Translations under genes and position numbers: made by a program
In this document: positions 1 through 9,930 of the stretch, in pieces
How positions within the stretch are numbered: the first letter of the stretch is position 1
How the letters are laid out: the number at the start of each line of letters is the position of its first letter
Source: an uncultured Gemmatimonadales bacterium
GTDB lineage: Bacteria > Gemmatimonadota > Gemmatimonadetes > Gemmatimonadales > GWC2-71-9
Reading direction: 5' to 3'
Assembly (NCBI GenBank): GCA_963795085.1
Contig: CAWCFX010000003.1
Span: 96,001-160,000 of the forward strand
DNA: 64,000 bases
The notes under the pieces: generated by a model
The model's input: the letters and a program-made list of their open reading frames with translations, nothing else
What the model was told of the DNA's origin: nothing
Databases searched by the model: none

Positions 1-150
1 CTGGACGACGCCTTCCAGGAAATCCGGGGCGTTGGGCAGCGAGGCCGGCCGCTCGTAGCGAAGGATGCGTTCGATCTGAAAGATATCGAGCGCGAACTCC
101 TGGGAACCTACCCGGAAGATGACTACCTGGATTTCGTCTGCTGCCGTCAC
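1..150 (-). CDS. cheW: CheW coupling protein (partial, runs off the window)
   Basis: Manual translation from GTG at 150, which overlaps the upstream [53 protein letters not shown], a typical CheW N-terminus. Confidence 0.85.
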   Translation of the reverse strand, partial: MTAADEIQVVIFRVGSQEFALDIFQIERILRYERPASLPNAPDFLEGVVQ

Positions 151-569
151 GCGGGTGCCTCCGGAATGGTGAGACGATCGCCGACCCTGGCCAGGTCCAG
201 CAGGGGCACCAGGCCGGTTGGAAGCCGGACCACGCCGGATGCCCACGGCAGCTTCTCCCCGGGAGGTGCCTCCATGGCCGTCCCCGCTACGATGGCTTCG
301 GCATCGTCGACCTCGAGGCAGACTTCCCGGCCGCCCAGGGAGAGCACGACCGAGGTTCCCCCGGTATCCCCCGCGCCGGTGCCAATCAAGGTGCCCAGGG
401 CGACCACCGGCAGGATGCGGCCCCGGGCGGCCGTCACTCCGCGGCAGGCAGCGGCGCTCGTCGGTACCGGATGCACCGTCCCCAGCGCCTCCACGGCGAC
501 CACGAACTCGACCGGCAGACCCACCCGCCGGGACCCGAGGCGGACCAGGAGAAACTGCACCCCGCTCAT
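147..569 (-). CDS. cheW: CheW-like protein (divergent)
   Basis: [38 protein letters not shown] and PLLDL match the CheW pattern. Confidence 0.8.
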   Translation of the reverse strand: MSGVQFLLVRLGSRRVGLPVEFVVAVEALGTVHPVPTSAAACRGVTAARGRILPVVALGTLIGTGAGDTGGTSVVLSLGGREVCLEVDDAEAIVAGTAMEAPPGEKLPWASGVVRLPTGLVPLLDLARVGDRLTIPEAPA

Positions 570-1633
570 TGGCGAGCCATCCGGGCCAGGACATCAGTGA
601 CCCGCCGCGCCAGCAGGCCCAGCGGCAGGACGTGGTCCACGCCTCCCGCCTGCACCGCCGCGTTGGGCATCCCGTAGACCGTGGACGTGGAGCGATCCTG
701 GGCCAGTCCGCATCCGCCCGCATCGTGAATGGCTCGAAGCCCCACCGCGCCATCCCGGCCCAGCCCGGTCAGCACCACGCCGACGGTGGCCGGGCCATAG
801 GTATCCGCGACGGAACGAAAGAGCGGATCGGCGGCGGGCCGAACCCCCCAGACCGCAGGAGACTGGTCCAGTACGATGACCGGCCCGCCTTCGCGCATTT
901 CCACTCTCATATGATAATCGCCCGGCGCCACGAAGGCGGTGTCCGCCTGGAGGGGCGCACCGTCCCACGCTTCCACGACGGAGAGCCGGCTCTGTCCATC
1001 CAGCCGTTCGGCCAGTCCGCGGGTAAACGCCGCCGGCATGTGCTGGACGATAAGAATCGCGGCACCCTGCCCCGGCGCCAGCTGGGGCACCACCTCGGCC
1101 AGCGCGCGAGGCCCGCCGGTCGAGGCGGCGATCGCAACGCAGCGGCCGGCGAGCCCCGCGGCGACCAGATCGCGCCGCCCCCGCTGGGGAGGCCGGGCCA
1201 GCACCGGGATCCTGGAGACATCCGCCACCGCCGCCGCGCGGAGGGCCTGCAGCAGCCGGGGACCGAGCCGTTGGAGACCCTCCCGGCTGGGGCGCTGTTC
1301 CTTGTCGACAATCTCCACCGCGCCCAGTTCCAGCGCCCGGATCGCGCCGCTGCTGCCGGCTCCCGCGTGCGCGCTTACCACGACGATGGGGCGCGGAATT
1401 TCCGACATGATGTACCCGATCGCCGCCGGGCCATCCAGTTCCGGCATGTCGAGGTCCATCGTGATCAGGTCGGGAAGGTGCTGGTGCACCTTCTGGAGGC
1501 CATCGTGGCCGTTGCGGGCGGTGGCGGTGACCAGGAACTCACCCGAGGAATTGATGATCTCCGTCAGCACCTGGCGGACCAGGGCGCTGTCGTCGACCAC
1601 CAGGACCCGGAGGACTCTAGAGTCGGTGTTCAC
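566..1633 (-). CDS. cheB: Chemotaxis methylesterase/response regulator CheB
   Basis: REC domain ([15 protein letters not shown]) plus catalytic motifs ASTGGP, VQHMP and TGLGRDG; start re-assigned to GTG at 1633. Confidence 0.95.
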   Translation of the reverse strand: MNTDSRVLRVLVVDDSALVRQVLTEIINSSGEFLVTATARNGHDGLQKVHQHLPDLITMDLDMPELDGPAAIGYIMSEIPRPIVVVSAHAGAGSSGAIRALELGAVEIVDKEQRPSREGLQRLGPRLLQALRAAAVADVSRIPVLARPPQRGRRDLVAAGLAGRCVAIAASTGGPRALAEVVPQLAPGQGAAILIVQHMPAAFTRGLAERLDGQSRLSVVEAWDGAPLQADTAFVAPGDYHMRVEMREGGPVIVLDQSPAVWGVRPAADPLFRSVADTYGPATVGVVLTGLGRDGAVGLRAIHDAGGCGLAQDRSTSTVYGMPNAAVQAGGVDHVLPLGLLARRVTDVLARMARQ

Positions 1634-2108
1634 TCTGATTGGCCGCTGACCGCACCACGACGGCCCCGTCGGACGGGTAAAACCAGACGGAGCGACCCGA
1701 CTCCCCGCCGACCAGCTCGCCGATGATCGGCACCCCAAGCTGGTTCAGCACGTCCCGGGTGGCCACCACGTTGCGCTCGCCCATCTGGATCGACCCGGGG
1801 GGGGACAGCGCCGCGAACAGGCTGGCCCCGCCGACCAGCCGGGCGCTCACCCGGCGGGGGACCGCACCGAGACCGGTGAGCCGGTCCAGGAGCGCCGGCA
1901 CCGCCCCCTGCGGGGTCTTGGCGGGATTGTCATCCTTCCGCACCAGTGAGCGGGAGGGCAACATGATGTGGGCCATGCCTCCCACCTTCTTGACCGGATC
2001 GTAGAGCACGATCGCGACGCAACTGCCGAGCCCGTAGGTCACCAGCACTTCGCCGCTCACGCCGGTATTCAGGTCGGCGACCCGGACGATGATCTCGCGG
2101 CCCGTCAT
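1617..2108 (-). CDS. cheD: Chemoreceptor glutamine deamidase CheD
   Basis: [23 protein letters not shown] and MGERN motifs. Confidence 0.95.
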   Translation of the reverse strand: MTGREIIVRVADLNTGVSGEVLVTYGLGSCVAIVLYDPVKKVGGMAHIMLPSRSLVRKDDNPAKTPQGAVPALLDRLTGLGAVPRRVSARLVGGASLFAALSPPGSIQMGERNVVATRDVLNQLGVPIIGELVGGESGRSVWFYPSDGAVVVRSAANQSEHRL

Positions 2109-2926
2109 GCCGGCCGCCGATAGACGCGCTCCCGGGCGTCCACCAGCTCGAGCCGGTCACGCATGGGCCCGAGAATCGTTTCCACCTTGCCCAGCACCAG
2201 GATTCCGCCGGGACGCAGCGATTCGGTAAACAGGGTAAAGAGCCGTTCCTGCATGGCCCGGTCGAAGTAGATCAGCACGTTGCGGCAAACGATGAGGTCG
2301 TAGGGAGCATGGCGGGGAGTATCCCGGGTCAGGTCCAGCCGGTTGACGTGGACCACCCGCCGAATCGGATCGGTAACGAGGCGGCTGCCCGGATCGGCCG
2401 GTTCAGTGTACCGGTCGATGTACTCTTCCGGCGCCTCGCTGAAGGCGCCCAGCGGATAGGCCCCGATGCGGGCCCGGTCGAGGCTGACCCGGTCGATGTC
2501 GGTCGCGTCGATGGCCAGCCGGTGCATCCATTCCGGGTGCCCCGCCTTGAGCGCGACTTCCGCAAACAGCATCGCCAGGGAGTACGGCTCCTCGCCGCTG
2601 GCGCATCCGGCGCTCCAGACCCGGAGCACGCGGCCGGCGTCCCGCCACAGCCCGGCTACGACGTCCTGCTGCAGCCGCTGCCACAGTTCGATGTTGCGGA
2701 AGAACTTGGTGACGTTGATGGTGAGCACATCGGAAAGCTTCTGCAGTTCGTCCGGCGTGCGCTCCAGGATGGCGAGATACTCGTCGTAGGTCGCCACGTT
2801 GTGGGCCCGCATCCGGACCGCGATGCGGCGCTTGAGGCAGCGCGGCTTGTATGCCTCGGTGGAGAGGCCGGCGACTTCGCTGATACGGCGGGTCAACTGG
2901 GCAAAGCTCGCATCGTCCGTGGTCAT
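2105..2926 (-). CDS. cheR: Chemotaxis methyltransferase CheR
   Basis: LTINVTKFFRN, VWSAGCASGEEPYSLAM and CRNVLIYF; start at ATG 2926 overlaps the upstream stop. Confidence 0.95.
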   Translation of the reverse strand: MTTDDASFAQLTRRISEVAGLSTEAYKPRCLKRRIAVRMRAHNVATYDEYLAILERTPDELQKLSDVLTINVTKFFRNIELWQRLQQDVVAGLWRDAGRVLRVWSAGCASGEEPYSLAMLFAEVALKAGHPEWMHRLAIDATDIDRVSLDRARIGAYPLGAFSEAPEEYIDRYTEPADPGSRLVTDPIRRVVHVNRLDLTRDTPRHAPYDLIVCRNVLIYFDRAMQERLFTLFTESLRPGGILVLGKVETILGPMRDRLELVDARERVYRRPA

Positions 2927-4545
2927 GACGCGACGTTCCCCAGGGTTTCCAGATTGGTCCGGGCCAGCTGGTGCCCGGGGTTCAGCACCGTCGCCTGCTG
3001 CCACCAGGCGCGGGCCCGCTCCTGGTCCCGACGGCGAAAGGCGATATTGCCCATCTTGAAATAGAGGTCGTCACCCAGGTCGGGATTGAGTTTGGCGGCC
3101 CGCTCGTAGGCATCGAGAGCCTCGTCGTACCGGCCGGCGCGGTACAGCAGGTCGCCCAGGTTCTTGGATATCTGGGAGTACGACGGCTCCTCCGCCAGCG
3201 CCGATCGGGCCATGACCTCGGCGCCGGCCAGGTCGCCGGTGAGCTCGAGCAGCACCGCCAGGTTATTGCGAATGACGGCGTTCCCGGGGTGGGCCTGGAC
3301 ACCTTCCTGCGCGGTGCGCACCGCGCCGCCGAGGTCGTCCGCGCCGGCCGCCGCCAGCGACGCGGCCCAGAACCAGGTGGCCGGCGGTGGCCGCTCCCCC
3401 CAGACCTCGCGGGCCCGGGCCAGCCGGGCCACCGCCACCCCCGGGTCGCCCCGCTTGAGGGCGGCAATGCCCCAGCTCAGCATGTACCGGGCATCGTCGC
3501 GGGCCCGGCTCACCGCGTCGGCGTAGGCGGCTTCCGCGTCGTCGAGCCGTCCCATCTGCTCCAGCGCGAAGCCCAGATTGTGCAGCACCGAGGGCCGGGC
3601 TCCCCCCAGGTCGGCCGCCTGCCGCAGGCAGGACACCGCCTCGGGCCAGCGGGCTTGCCGGAGAGCGATCAGGCCCAGGTAGAACGCGGCGCTGGGTTCC
3701 CGGGGCCGCAGTTCCGCCACCCGGCGGAACTCCCGCAACGCTTCGTCCAGCATTCCGGTCTTGTAGAAAGCGATCCCCAGGTTCCGGTGCTCGTCCACCC
3801 GGCCTTCGGGCGCCTGGGGTGCCGGGTTCGGCACCGAGGACCCGGTGCGGTGGGCAAACCCGGCCGTGATCAGGCCGTACAGGGCCTTGCCGGCCTCGAA
3901 CTCAATCAGCCCGGAATCCTCGAAGACCTGCTGCACGTCCCGGGATCCATCGAGCAGGGGGAGGATCCGCTCCTGGCTCGGCGACAGCCGCACATCGGAC
4001 TGGGCCAGGTGCTCGCGGTCCAGCGCGAAGATCAGGTCCAGGGCCGGGATTTTTTTCTCGATCAGGCTCCACTCGTCCACCCGGCGGGCGCCTTCCAGGA
4101 GGAGCGACTCCGGGTTGATCTGGACCAGGAAGTCTTCCCGCTCAGGGCGGACCCCCGCCTCGAAGTTGAAAGTCCCCGAGTTCCAGGTGAAAAGGAAGTA
4201 CACCGCTTCCTCGATCTGGAGGCGCATGTATTCCTCCAGCTCTTCACGCGAGATCGCATTGATCTCGACCAGGATCTGACCCAGTTTGGTGTCCCGCTTC
4301 TCGGTCTGCATGTCCACCGCCTGTTGCAGCTGGGCGGCCGAGATGCGGTTGTTCTTCACCAGGATGTCGCCCAGCCGGTCCCGGCGGTTGACGATCGAGG
4401 CGTAGCAGATCTTGCCCAGGTCGAAGTAGATATAGCCGAAGTTGTGGCGGTCGGCGACAGCGAGCAGGCCGGTCTTGCGGCCCAGCGCCAGCAGCTGCAG
4501 CACGTCGGGCAGACTGGCTTCCTTGAGACTCCCCTTGATGGCCAT
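2923..4545 (-). CDS. DUF4388 (PatA_N-like) domain + MshEN-like motifs + TPR protein
   Basis: GSLKEASLPDVLQLL..RKTG, W..GTFNF and LLLEGARRVDEW signature; C-terminal TPRs. Confidence 0.85.
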   Translation of the reverse strand: MAIKGSLKEASLPDVLQLLALGRKTGLLAVADRHNFGYIYFDLGKICYASIVNRRDRLGDILVKNNRISAAQLQQAVDMQTEKRDTKLGQILVEINAISREELEEYMRLQIEEAVYFLFTWNSGTFNFEAGVRPEREDFLVQINPESLLLEGARRVDEWSLIEKKIPALDLIFALDREHLAQSDVRLSPSQERILPLLDGSRDVQQVFEDSGLIEFEAGKALYGLITAGFAHRTGSSVPNPAPQAPEGRVDEHRNLGIAFYKTGMLDEALREFRRVAELRPREPSAAFYLGLIALRQARWPEAVSCLRQAADLGGARPSVLHNLGFALEQMGRLDDAEAAYADAVSRARDDARYMLSWGIAALKRGDPGVAVARLARAREVWGERPPPATWFWAASLAAAGADDLGGAVRTAQEGVQAHPGNAVIRNNLAVLLELTGDLAGAEVMARSALAEEPSYSQISKNLGDLLYRAGRYDEALDAYERAAKLNPDLGDDLYFKMGNIAFRRRDQERARAWWQQATVLNPGHQLARTNLETLGNVAS

Positions 4546-6475
4546 CAGCGCAGGTCCTCCACGATCCGGTCGGCGGAGTCGGGCCAGTCCCAGATCATCT
4601 TCTCGGAACTGCGAACCGTCCCGGAGGGCAAGGCGACCACGCCGCTCACCCGGTTCCCCCCGCTCCGCCTGGGGGGCTTGGGGGCGGACCTTCGAGGAGC
4701 TCGCGGGCGAGCGCGGCGGTGGGCGGCTCCTGGCGGGTTTCGGCGGCGCTCACCACCCGCTGCAGGATCCCCTGCAGCGTCCGCACGGAGTCCACCGACC
4801 GTCCCGCCAGGTATTCTGCCAGCTCCTGATTACCGCCGCCGGTGCCTTGCCGCACCAGACGCTCCAGCACCGCGACCCGCACTTCCCGCTCCGGGGGCGG
4901 CAGGTGCACCACCAACCCCCCCTCAAGGCGGCTGATCAGGCGGGGTTCCACTCCCGTCAGTTCACCCAGCGGCATCGGGCTGGTGAAGACCATCTGCCGG
5001 CCTTCCTTCAACAGGTGGTTGAAGAGCCAGAAGAACTCTTCCTGCGTCCGCTCCTTACTGTGCAGCAACTGGATATCGTCGAGCAGAAACGCGGTCACCC
5101 GGCGATACCGGGATCGCCACCAGGCCACCCGGTCGCGGTCGATGGCCGCGATGAGGTCGTCGACCAGCTCCTGGGTGTTGAGACAGGCCACCAGCGCCCC
5201 ATCGTGCCGGGCCAGCCCGTTGCCGATGGCGTGGAGGAGGTGGGTCTTGCCGGTCCCGCTGGGGCCGACCACCACCAGCGGGTTGTATTTGAGCGCCGGA
5301 TGCTCCACCGCCATGAGCGCCGCGCGTACCGCGATCCGGTTTCCGGGTCCCTCGGCGAAATCGGAGAGTTGCCAGAAAGGCGAGGGCCCCGGCGGCGGGG
5401 TCGCCCCTTCCCGGGCCCGGGCCAGCAGTGCGGCGGCATCATCGACCCGGTCGGGATCGCGGAACACCGCCTCGCCGCCGAGGCTGGCGTCGATGTCCAC
5501 GGCATCGGCCTCGATCGCGCGAAGCCGCTCGACATCCTCCGCAAACTGGCGCAGGGTGGCGTCGGGGTCGGCGGGGGAGTCCTGTTCCAGAAGCGCGCTC
5601 AGCCGGCTGACCCGGTACCCTTCGCCTTCCCACCGCATCACCGCCTCGGCCACCCGGGTGCGCCAGGCCTCCACCTGCTGGGCGACGGTGTGGGAAATCT
5701 CGGACAGGAAGCTGCCGAACTCGTCGGCCTCGGGGGGCGGCGGGGTGACGCCCAGGGGCACCCCGCCGAGCACCACCCGGGCCTGGGCCGGGTCGAGCGG
5801 CTGATCACTCACCGCCTGGAACGCGATCAACCGGTTGAGCGCGCCGATCAGCTCGCGCACGTTGGTGATCGCCAGCGATGCGACCGCTTCCAGCACACCG
5901 GCGGCGAATTCCGCCCGCCGCTCCTCGGCGTGGCGCCGCACGATGGCCACCCGGGTCTCGTAGTCGGGGGCGGCGATGTCGATCACCAGGCCGCCGGCGA
6001 ACCGCTGGATCAACCGCTCGTCCAGTGACTCGATGTCCGCCGGGCTCCGATCGCTGGTCAGGACGATCTGCCGGCTCGCGGTCTGCATCGCGTTGATGAC
6101 CCGGAGCAATTCGGCCTGCATCTCGCGCCGCCGGTCAAGGAACTGGACATCGTCGACCAGCAGCAGGTCCACCTCGGTGAATCGGCGGCGGTAGGCCTCG
6201 CCCTGGCCGGCGGCGACGGCGGCGTGGAAGGACTCCATGAAATCGTCGAGGGTGAGGTACTCGACGGCGAGGGCGGGATTGATCAGCCGCGCGGCATGAG
6301 CTACGGCCATGAGCAGGTGGGTCTTGCCCAGTCCGGGGCCGCTGTAGATGAACAGCGGGTTGTAGGCCACGCCGGGGCTCTCGGCCACCGACTTGGCGGC
6401 CGAGACCGCCAGCCGGTTGGCGGAGCCCACCACGAACGTATCGAAGCGGAACCGGGGATTCAGGTCCGCGGTCAC
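4545..6475 (-). CDS. Tandem DnaA/Hda-like AAA+ ATPase with no domain I or IV; apparent frameshift near 4680 (as sequenced the ORF stops at 4646)
   Basis: Two modules, each with YNPL..G..G.GKTHLL and DD(V/I)Q plus Arg-finger and sensor II regions; the alternative frame ends in a TGA overlapping the next ATG. Confidence 0.85.
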
Positions 6476-7074
6476 TTCAAGGCGCCCCCGGCGGCCAGTT
6501 TCTTGAGCACGGCCTCGCTGATGCCTTTCAAGGTTTCGAACACCCCGCCCCCGTGGAGCGCATCAGCGCTGAAACTCCGCACCATCCGGAAGTTGAGCGC
6601 ATCGTCCAGCTCGGCCTGGGTGAGAATGAGATCCCGCGGCAGGTCCTGCTTGTTGTACTGGAGGACGACCGGGAATGTCCGGACGTCGATACCCTGCTGC
6701 AGGAGATTACCGTGGAGGTTCTGCAGGCTCTCCAGGTTCTCTTCGAAGCGGCGGGCCTGGCTGTCGGCGACGAACACCACGCCGTCGGCGCCCTGCAGGA
6801 CCAGCTGCCGGGTCGCATTGTAGTAGACCTGCCCCGGCACCGTGTAGATCTGGAACCGGGTCTTGAACCCCGAGATCACGCCCAGGTCGATGGGCAGGAA
6901 ATCGAAGAACAGGGTGCGGTCCGTCTGGGTCGCGAGCGATACCATGCGGCCGCGCCGCGATTCCGGCACCCGGCCATACACGTACTGCAGGTTGGTCGTC
7001 TTGCCCGAGCGTCCCGGCCCGTAGTAGACGATCTTGCAGGTGATCTCGCGAGTGGTGAAGTTGACGAGTGACAT
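6472..7074 (-). CDS. mglA: MglA-family small Ras-like GTPase
   Basis: [38 protein letters not shown] and YNKQD. Confidence 0.95.
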   Translation of the reverse strand: MSLVNFTTREITCKIVYYGPGRSGKTTNLQYVYGRVPESRRGRMVSLATQTDRTLFFDFLPIDLGVISGFKTRFQIYTVPGQVYYNATRQLVLQGADGVVFVADSQARRFEENLESLQNLHGNLLQQGIDVRTFPVVLQYNKQDLPRDLILTQAELDDALNFRMVRSFSADALHGGGVFETLKGISEAVLKKLAAGGALK

Positions 7075-7107
7075 TCAGTCCGGTCTCTGGGTCACGGCGG
7101 TCTCCGG

Positions 7108-7569
7108 CTATCGGCCGAACAGGGTGCGCAGACTGGTGTTGAGTTCCCGCTCGAAATCGGCGGCCAGCACCTCGCGGGGCTTGTCTTCTCCCGGGGTGGC
7201 GGCCTGCAGCGCCTGCACCAGCCGGCTGAAGAACAGCTGGACCAGTCCCAGGGTGGTTTCCGGCCCGAAGACCACCAGCCCGATCCAGGCCCCGCGCGGT
7301 GTGTCGAAGCGGGCCAGGAAGTGCCCCTGCCGGGTACCCTGGTGAACCATGATCGTGAAGGCCGGCCAGGTCATGGTGCGGGCCAGTTCCTGCGCGGAGG
7401 CGACGATGCCGGCCCCCAGCGCCGCCGCGGACATCACGTCCAGGGCCCGCGTGAACCCGTGCTGGGCAATGACCTGCCCCGACCCGGTCATGATCAGGAC
7501 CAGCCGGGCGGAGGACTCAGCCAGGAAATCATTGAGGGGCTCCACCACCCAGGGCTCGACTGAGCGCAT
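7108..7569 (-). CDS. mglB: MglB-like Roadblock/LC7 protein (putative GAP)
   Basis: Adjacent to mglA; GQVIAQHG, VVFGPETTLGLVQL and an amphipathic C-terminal helix FERELNTSLRTLF. Confidence 0.8.
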   Translation of the reverse strand: MRSVEPWVVEPLNDFLAESSARLVLIMTGSGQVIAQHGFTRALDVMSAAALGAGIVASAQELARTMTWPAFTIMVHQGTRQGHFLARFDTPRGAWIGLVVFGPETTLGLVQLFFSRLVQALQAATPGEDKPREVLAADFERELNTSLRTLFGR

Positions 7570-7916
7570 CAGGAGCCGCCCTCCGCGACCCGCGCCATTT
7601 CCAGCCGCGCCCGCCCCACGTTGACGCCCTTGTCCGCAATCACGATGAGCAGAAGCCCGGCGCCAGCCGGGGCCAGCAACAGCGCGCCACCGGTCGCCTG
7701 CAGGTGCAGAAACCCGGCGCTCCCGCCGCGGGCGGTCATCGCCGCCGTCTCCAGTTTCCGGGCCAGGCTGCTCGCCAACGCGGCCAGGGCGGCGCTCTCG
7801 ACGTCTTCCCGAATCGATTCCGCGACCACGATGCCGTCATCCCGGCTGGCCAGCATGGCCCCGCGGACGCCGGCGATGCCGGTGAGACGGTCCAGGGCCG
7901 CCGGTGTCAGGGTCAT
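7569..7916 (-). CDS. Roadblock/LC7 protein (MglC-like paralog)
   Basis: From ATG 7916: LDRLTGIAGVRGAMLASRDDGIVVAE..ALAALASSL..VNVGRARLEM. Confidence 0.8.
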   Translation of the reverse strand: MTLTPAALDRLTGIAGVRGAMLASRDDGIVVAESIREDVESAALAALASSLARKLETAAMTARGGSAGFLHLQATGGALLLAPAGAGLLLIVIADKGVNVGRARLEMARVAEGGS

Positions 7917-8791
7917 GCGCCTGCCTCCAACCAGCGGCGGGCGGCTTCCAGCGCCCGCCCGGTCCCGATGGCTACCCGTCCCATTGGCATCGAGGGATCC
8001 CGCATTACCATCAGGAGCGTTTCCGCCGTCGGCGGCACCAGGAAGTAGTTGGCGGCGCCGGTTTCCACCGCGATACTCCGCCATTCCCCGAGGTCCAGTA
8101 TCCGGGCCGCTCGAGCCGCCTCCCGGGAAACGCCCGCGAGTTCCGCCGCCACCTGGTCGGCGACGCCTTCCCCCAGTTCCCCCAGGGATCCGAGCAGGCG
8201 CATCCCGGCGGAATCCACCAGCAACAGTCCGTCGTCCTCCAGCACCGCATCGCCGGCCGCCGCGGGCCGGGGAGAGGAGGGCGGGATGGACGGTTGCTCG
8301 ACCTCGAAGCGAATGGCGGCCGGCGCGGCGGGAGTCCCGATCCGCGGGGGTTCCTCCGGGACCGGCGTGGCCGGCTCCGCTTCCCGCGCGGCGAGTTGGG
8401 CCCTGACCCGCTCGAGGGCGCTCTCCACCTGGGCATCGCCCGGCAAGTCCGCCGCCGCCGCATTCAGATGGCGAAGCGCCGACGGAAGGTCGCCCGCTTT
8501 CCAGAACAGGAAGGCGAGGCCCTTGTGAGCGCCGCCATGGGCTGGGTCCAGCCGGAGCGTCATGTCCCACTCATCGAACGCCCCTTCGAGGTCCTGGTGA
8601 TCCACCAGCACCCGGGCATACAGGTCGTGGGCCTCCGGGAGATTGGGATAGCGCACCAGCCCCTGGAGGGCCACCTTGGCGGCGGGCTCGAGCCGGCCGG
8701 CCTGGCGCAGGGCTTCCCCCAGCCGGAGAAACACCAGGCTGGTGGAATCGGCGGCCAGTTCGGCGGTCATCCGGCGGATGTCGTCAGTCAC
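7913..8791 (-). CDS. TPR + Roadblock/LC7 fusion protein
   Basis: N-terminal TPRs (FLRLGEALRQAG), a Pro-rich linker, then a roadblock domain (LLLVDSAGMRLLG..LDLGEW..PMGRV); GTG start at 8791. Confidence 0.75.
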   Translation of the reverse strand: MTDDIRRMTAELAADSTSLVFLRLGEALRQAGRLEPAAKVALQGLVRYPNLPEAHDLYARVLVDHQDLEGAFDEWDMTLRLDPAHGGAHKGLAFLFWKAGDLPSALRHLNAAAADLPGDAQVESALERVRAQLAAREAEPATPVPEEPPRIGTPAAPAAIRFEVEQPSIPPSSPRPAAAGDAVLEDDGLLLVDSAGMRLLGSLGELGEGVADQVAAELAGVSREAARAARILDLGEWRSIAVETGAANYFLVPPTAETLLMVMRDPSMPMGRVAIGTGRALEAARRWLEAGA

Positions 8792-9929
8792 CCGGCCCTC
8801 GCAGTGCCTGGTCCAGAGTCGCGACCGCTTCTCGCACCGCCCGGACCGTGGCGGAATGCGCCGCCTCTTCGGGCGGCATGCCGGCGGTGGCGTTCCAGCG
8901 GTCGCAGGCGTCCGTGGCCTCGCGGAAGCGACCCTGGGCGGCCAGGCAGAGGCCCCACAACCGCCAGGCGGGGATAAAATCCGGGTCCAGCTGGAGCGCC
9001 CGGTGAATCGCGGTCCCGGCCTCGGCGTAGCGGCTGCTTCGCAGCAGCGTCCGCCCCAGCACGACATGGGCCAGCGGCTGGTCGGGATAGTGGGTCGCGG
9101 CTTCCTCCGCGATCTGGCGCGCGACATCGGTTTCCCCGTTGAACAGCTCGTTCTCCGCCCGGCTGATCATGATGGCCAGTTCCCTCCCGCCAGGCTGCTC
9201 CCGGGGGTGCTGGGCCGGGTCCTCGAGCTGGATGATGCCGGCGCTGGCCAGCCCGAAGAGAGTCTTGGCGACCTCGAACTCGGAGCGCACCAGCGCCAGC
9301 GAAATACCCCGTACGTCCTGGGCTCCGTCGATCGCCGCCAGCACTTCCCACTCGAACGGGATCAGGTCCAGCGGCGCCTCGGACGAGGGGAGGGCCAGCC
9401 GTGGCAGGATGCCGAGGTGAGGAATCTTGGTTTCGATGCGCGACCACTCGTCGATCCGGCGTGCCGCTTCCATGACCAGCGCCTCGGTGGTGATCCGGAT
9501 ATCCGCCTCGGCGGGAGACTCGGCCACTTCGCCTTCCTCGAATGAGAAGTAGCCCTCCGCCCAGCTCAGCAATTCGAAAATGACTTCCTCGACCTGGGAA
9601 CGGACCTGCCGGTCCAGTTCACGCCGGGTGATGGAGCCCATGGCGATCAGGATCTCACCCAGCCGGCGGGGGTCGCCATTCTGCTGCATGGCCCGGGAAC
9701 GGGTCAGGTCCTCTTCCGAGATCTTGCCGGCCCGAAGCAGGAGGCCACCCAGCGGGTGCGGGTTGCTGCGGATCTCGGCGCCAATCACGGCGCCCTTCTC
9801 GAAAAACACCATCCCCGCGTTCTGGCGGATCTCGGAGCGCACCCTGAGCACCCCGGTCTTCCGGCTCAGGTCCAGCAGCTGGAAGACATCGTGGATGCCC
9901 AGTTCGCGGAGAGGGCCTTCGATCGCCAC
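8784..9929 (-). CDS. DUF4388 domain + MshEN-like motifs + TPR protein
   Basis: AIEGPLRELGIHDVFQLLDLSRKTG, WAEGYFSF and MEAARRIDEW; C-terminal TPRs; GTG start at 9929. Confidence 0.85.
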   Translation of the reverse strand: MAIEGPLRELGIHDVFQLLDLSRKTGVLRVRSEIRQNAGMVFFEKGAVIGAEIRSNPHPLGGLLLRAGKISEEDLTRSRAMQQNGDPRRLGEILIAMGSITRRELDRQVRSQVEEVIFELLSWAEGYFSFEEGEVAESPAEADIRITTEALVMEAARRIDEWSRIETKIPHLGILPRLALPSSEAPLDLIPFEWEVLAAIDGAQDVRGISLALVRSEFEVAKTLFGLASAGIIQLEDPAQHPREQPGGRELAIMISRAENELFNGETDVARQIAEEAATHYPDQPLAHVVLGRTLLRSSRYAEAGTAIHRALQLDPDFIPAWRLWGLCLAAQGRFREATDACDRWNATAGMPPEEAAHSATVRAVREAVATLDQALRGPGD

Positions 9930-9930
9930 G

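Noticed and set aside
4646..6475. Calling this gene dnaA or placing oriC nearby
   Set aside because: It has no domain I or IV, there is no adjacent dnaN, and I saw no DnaA-box cluster or AT-rich unwinding region
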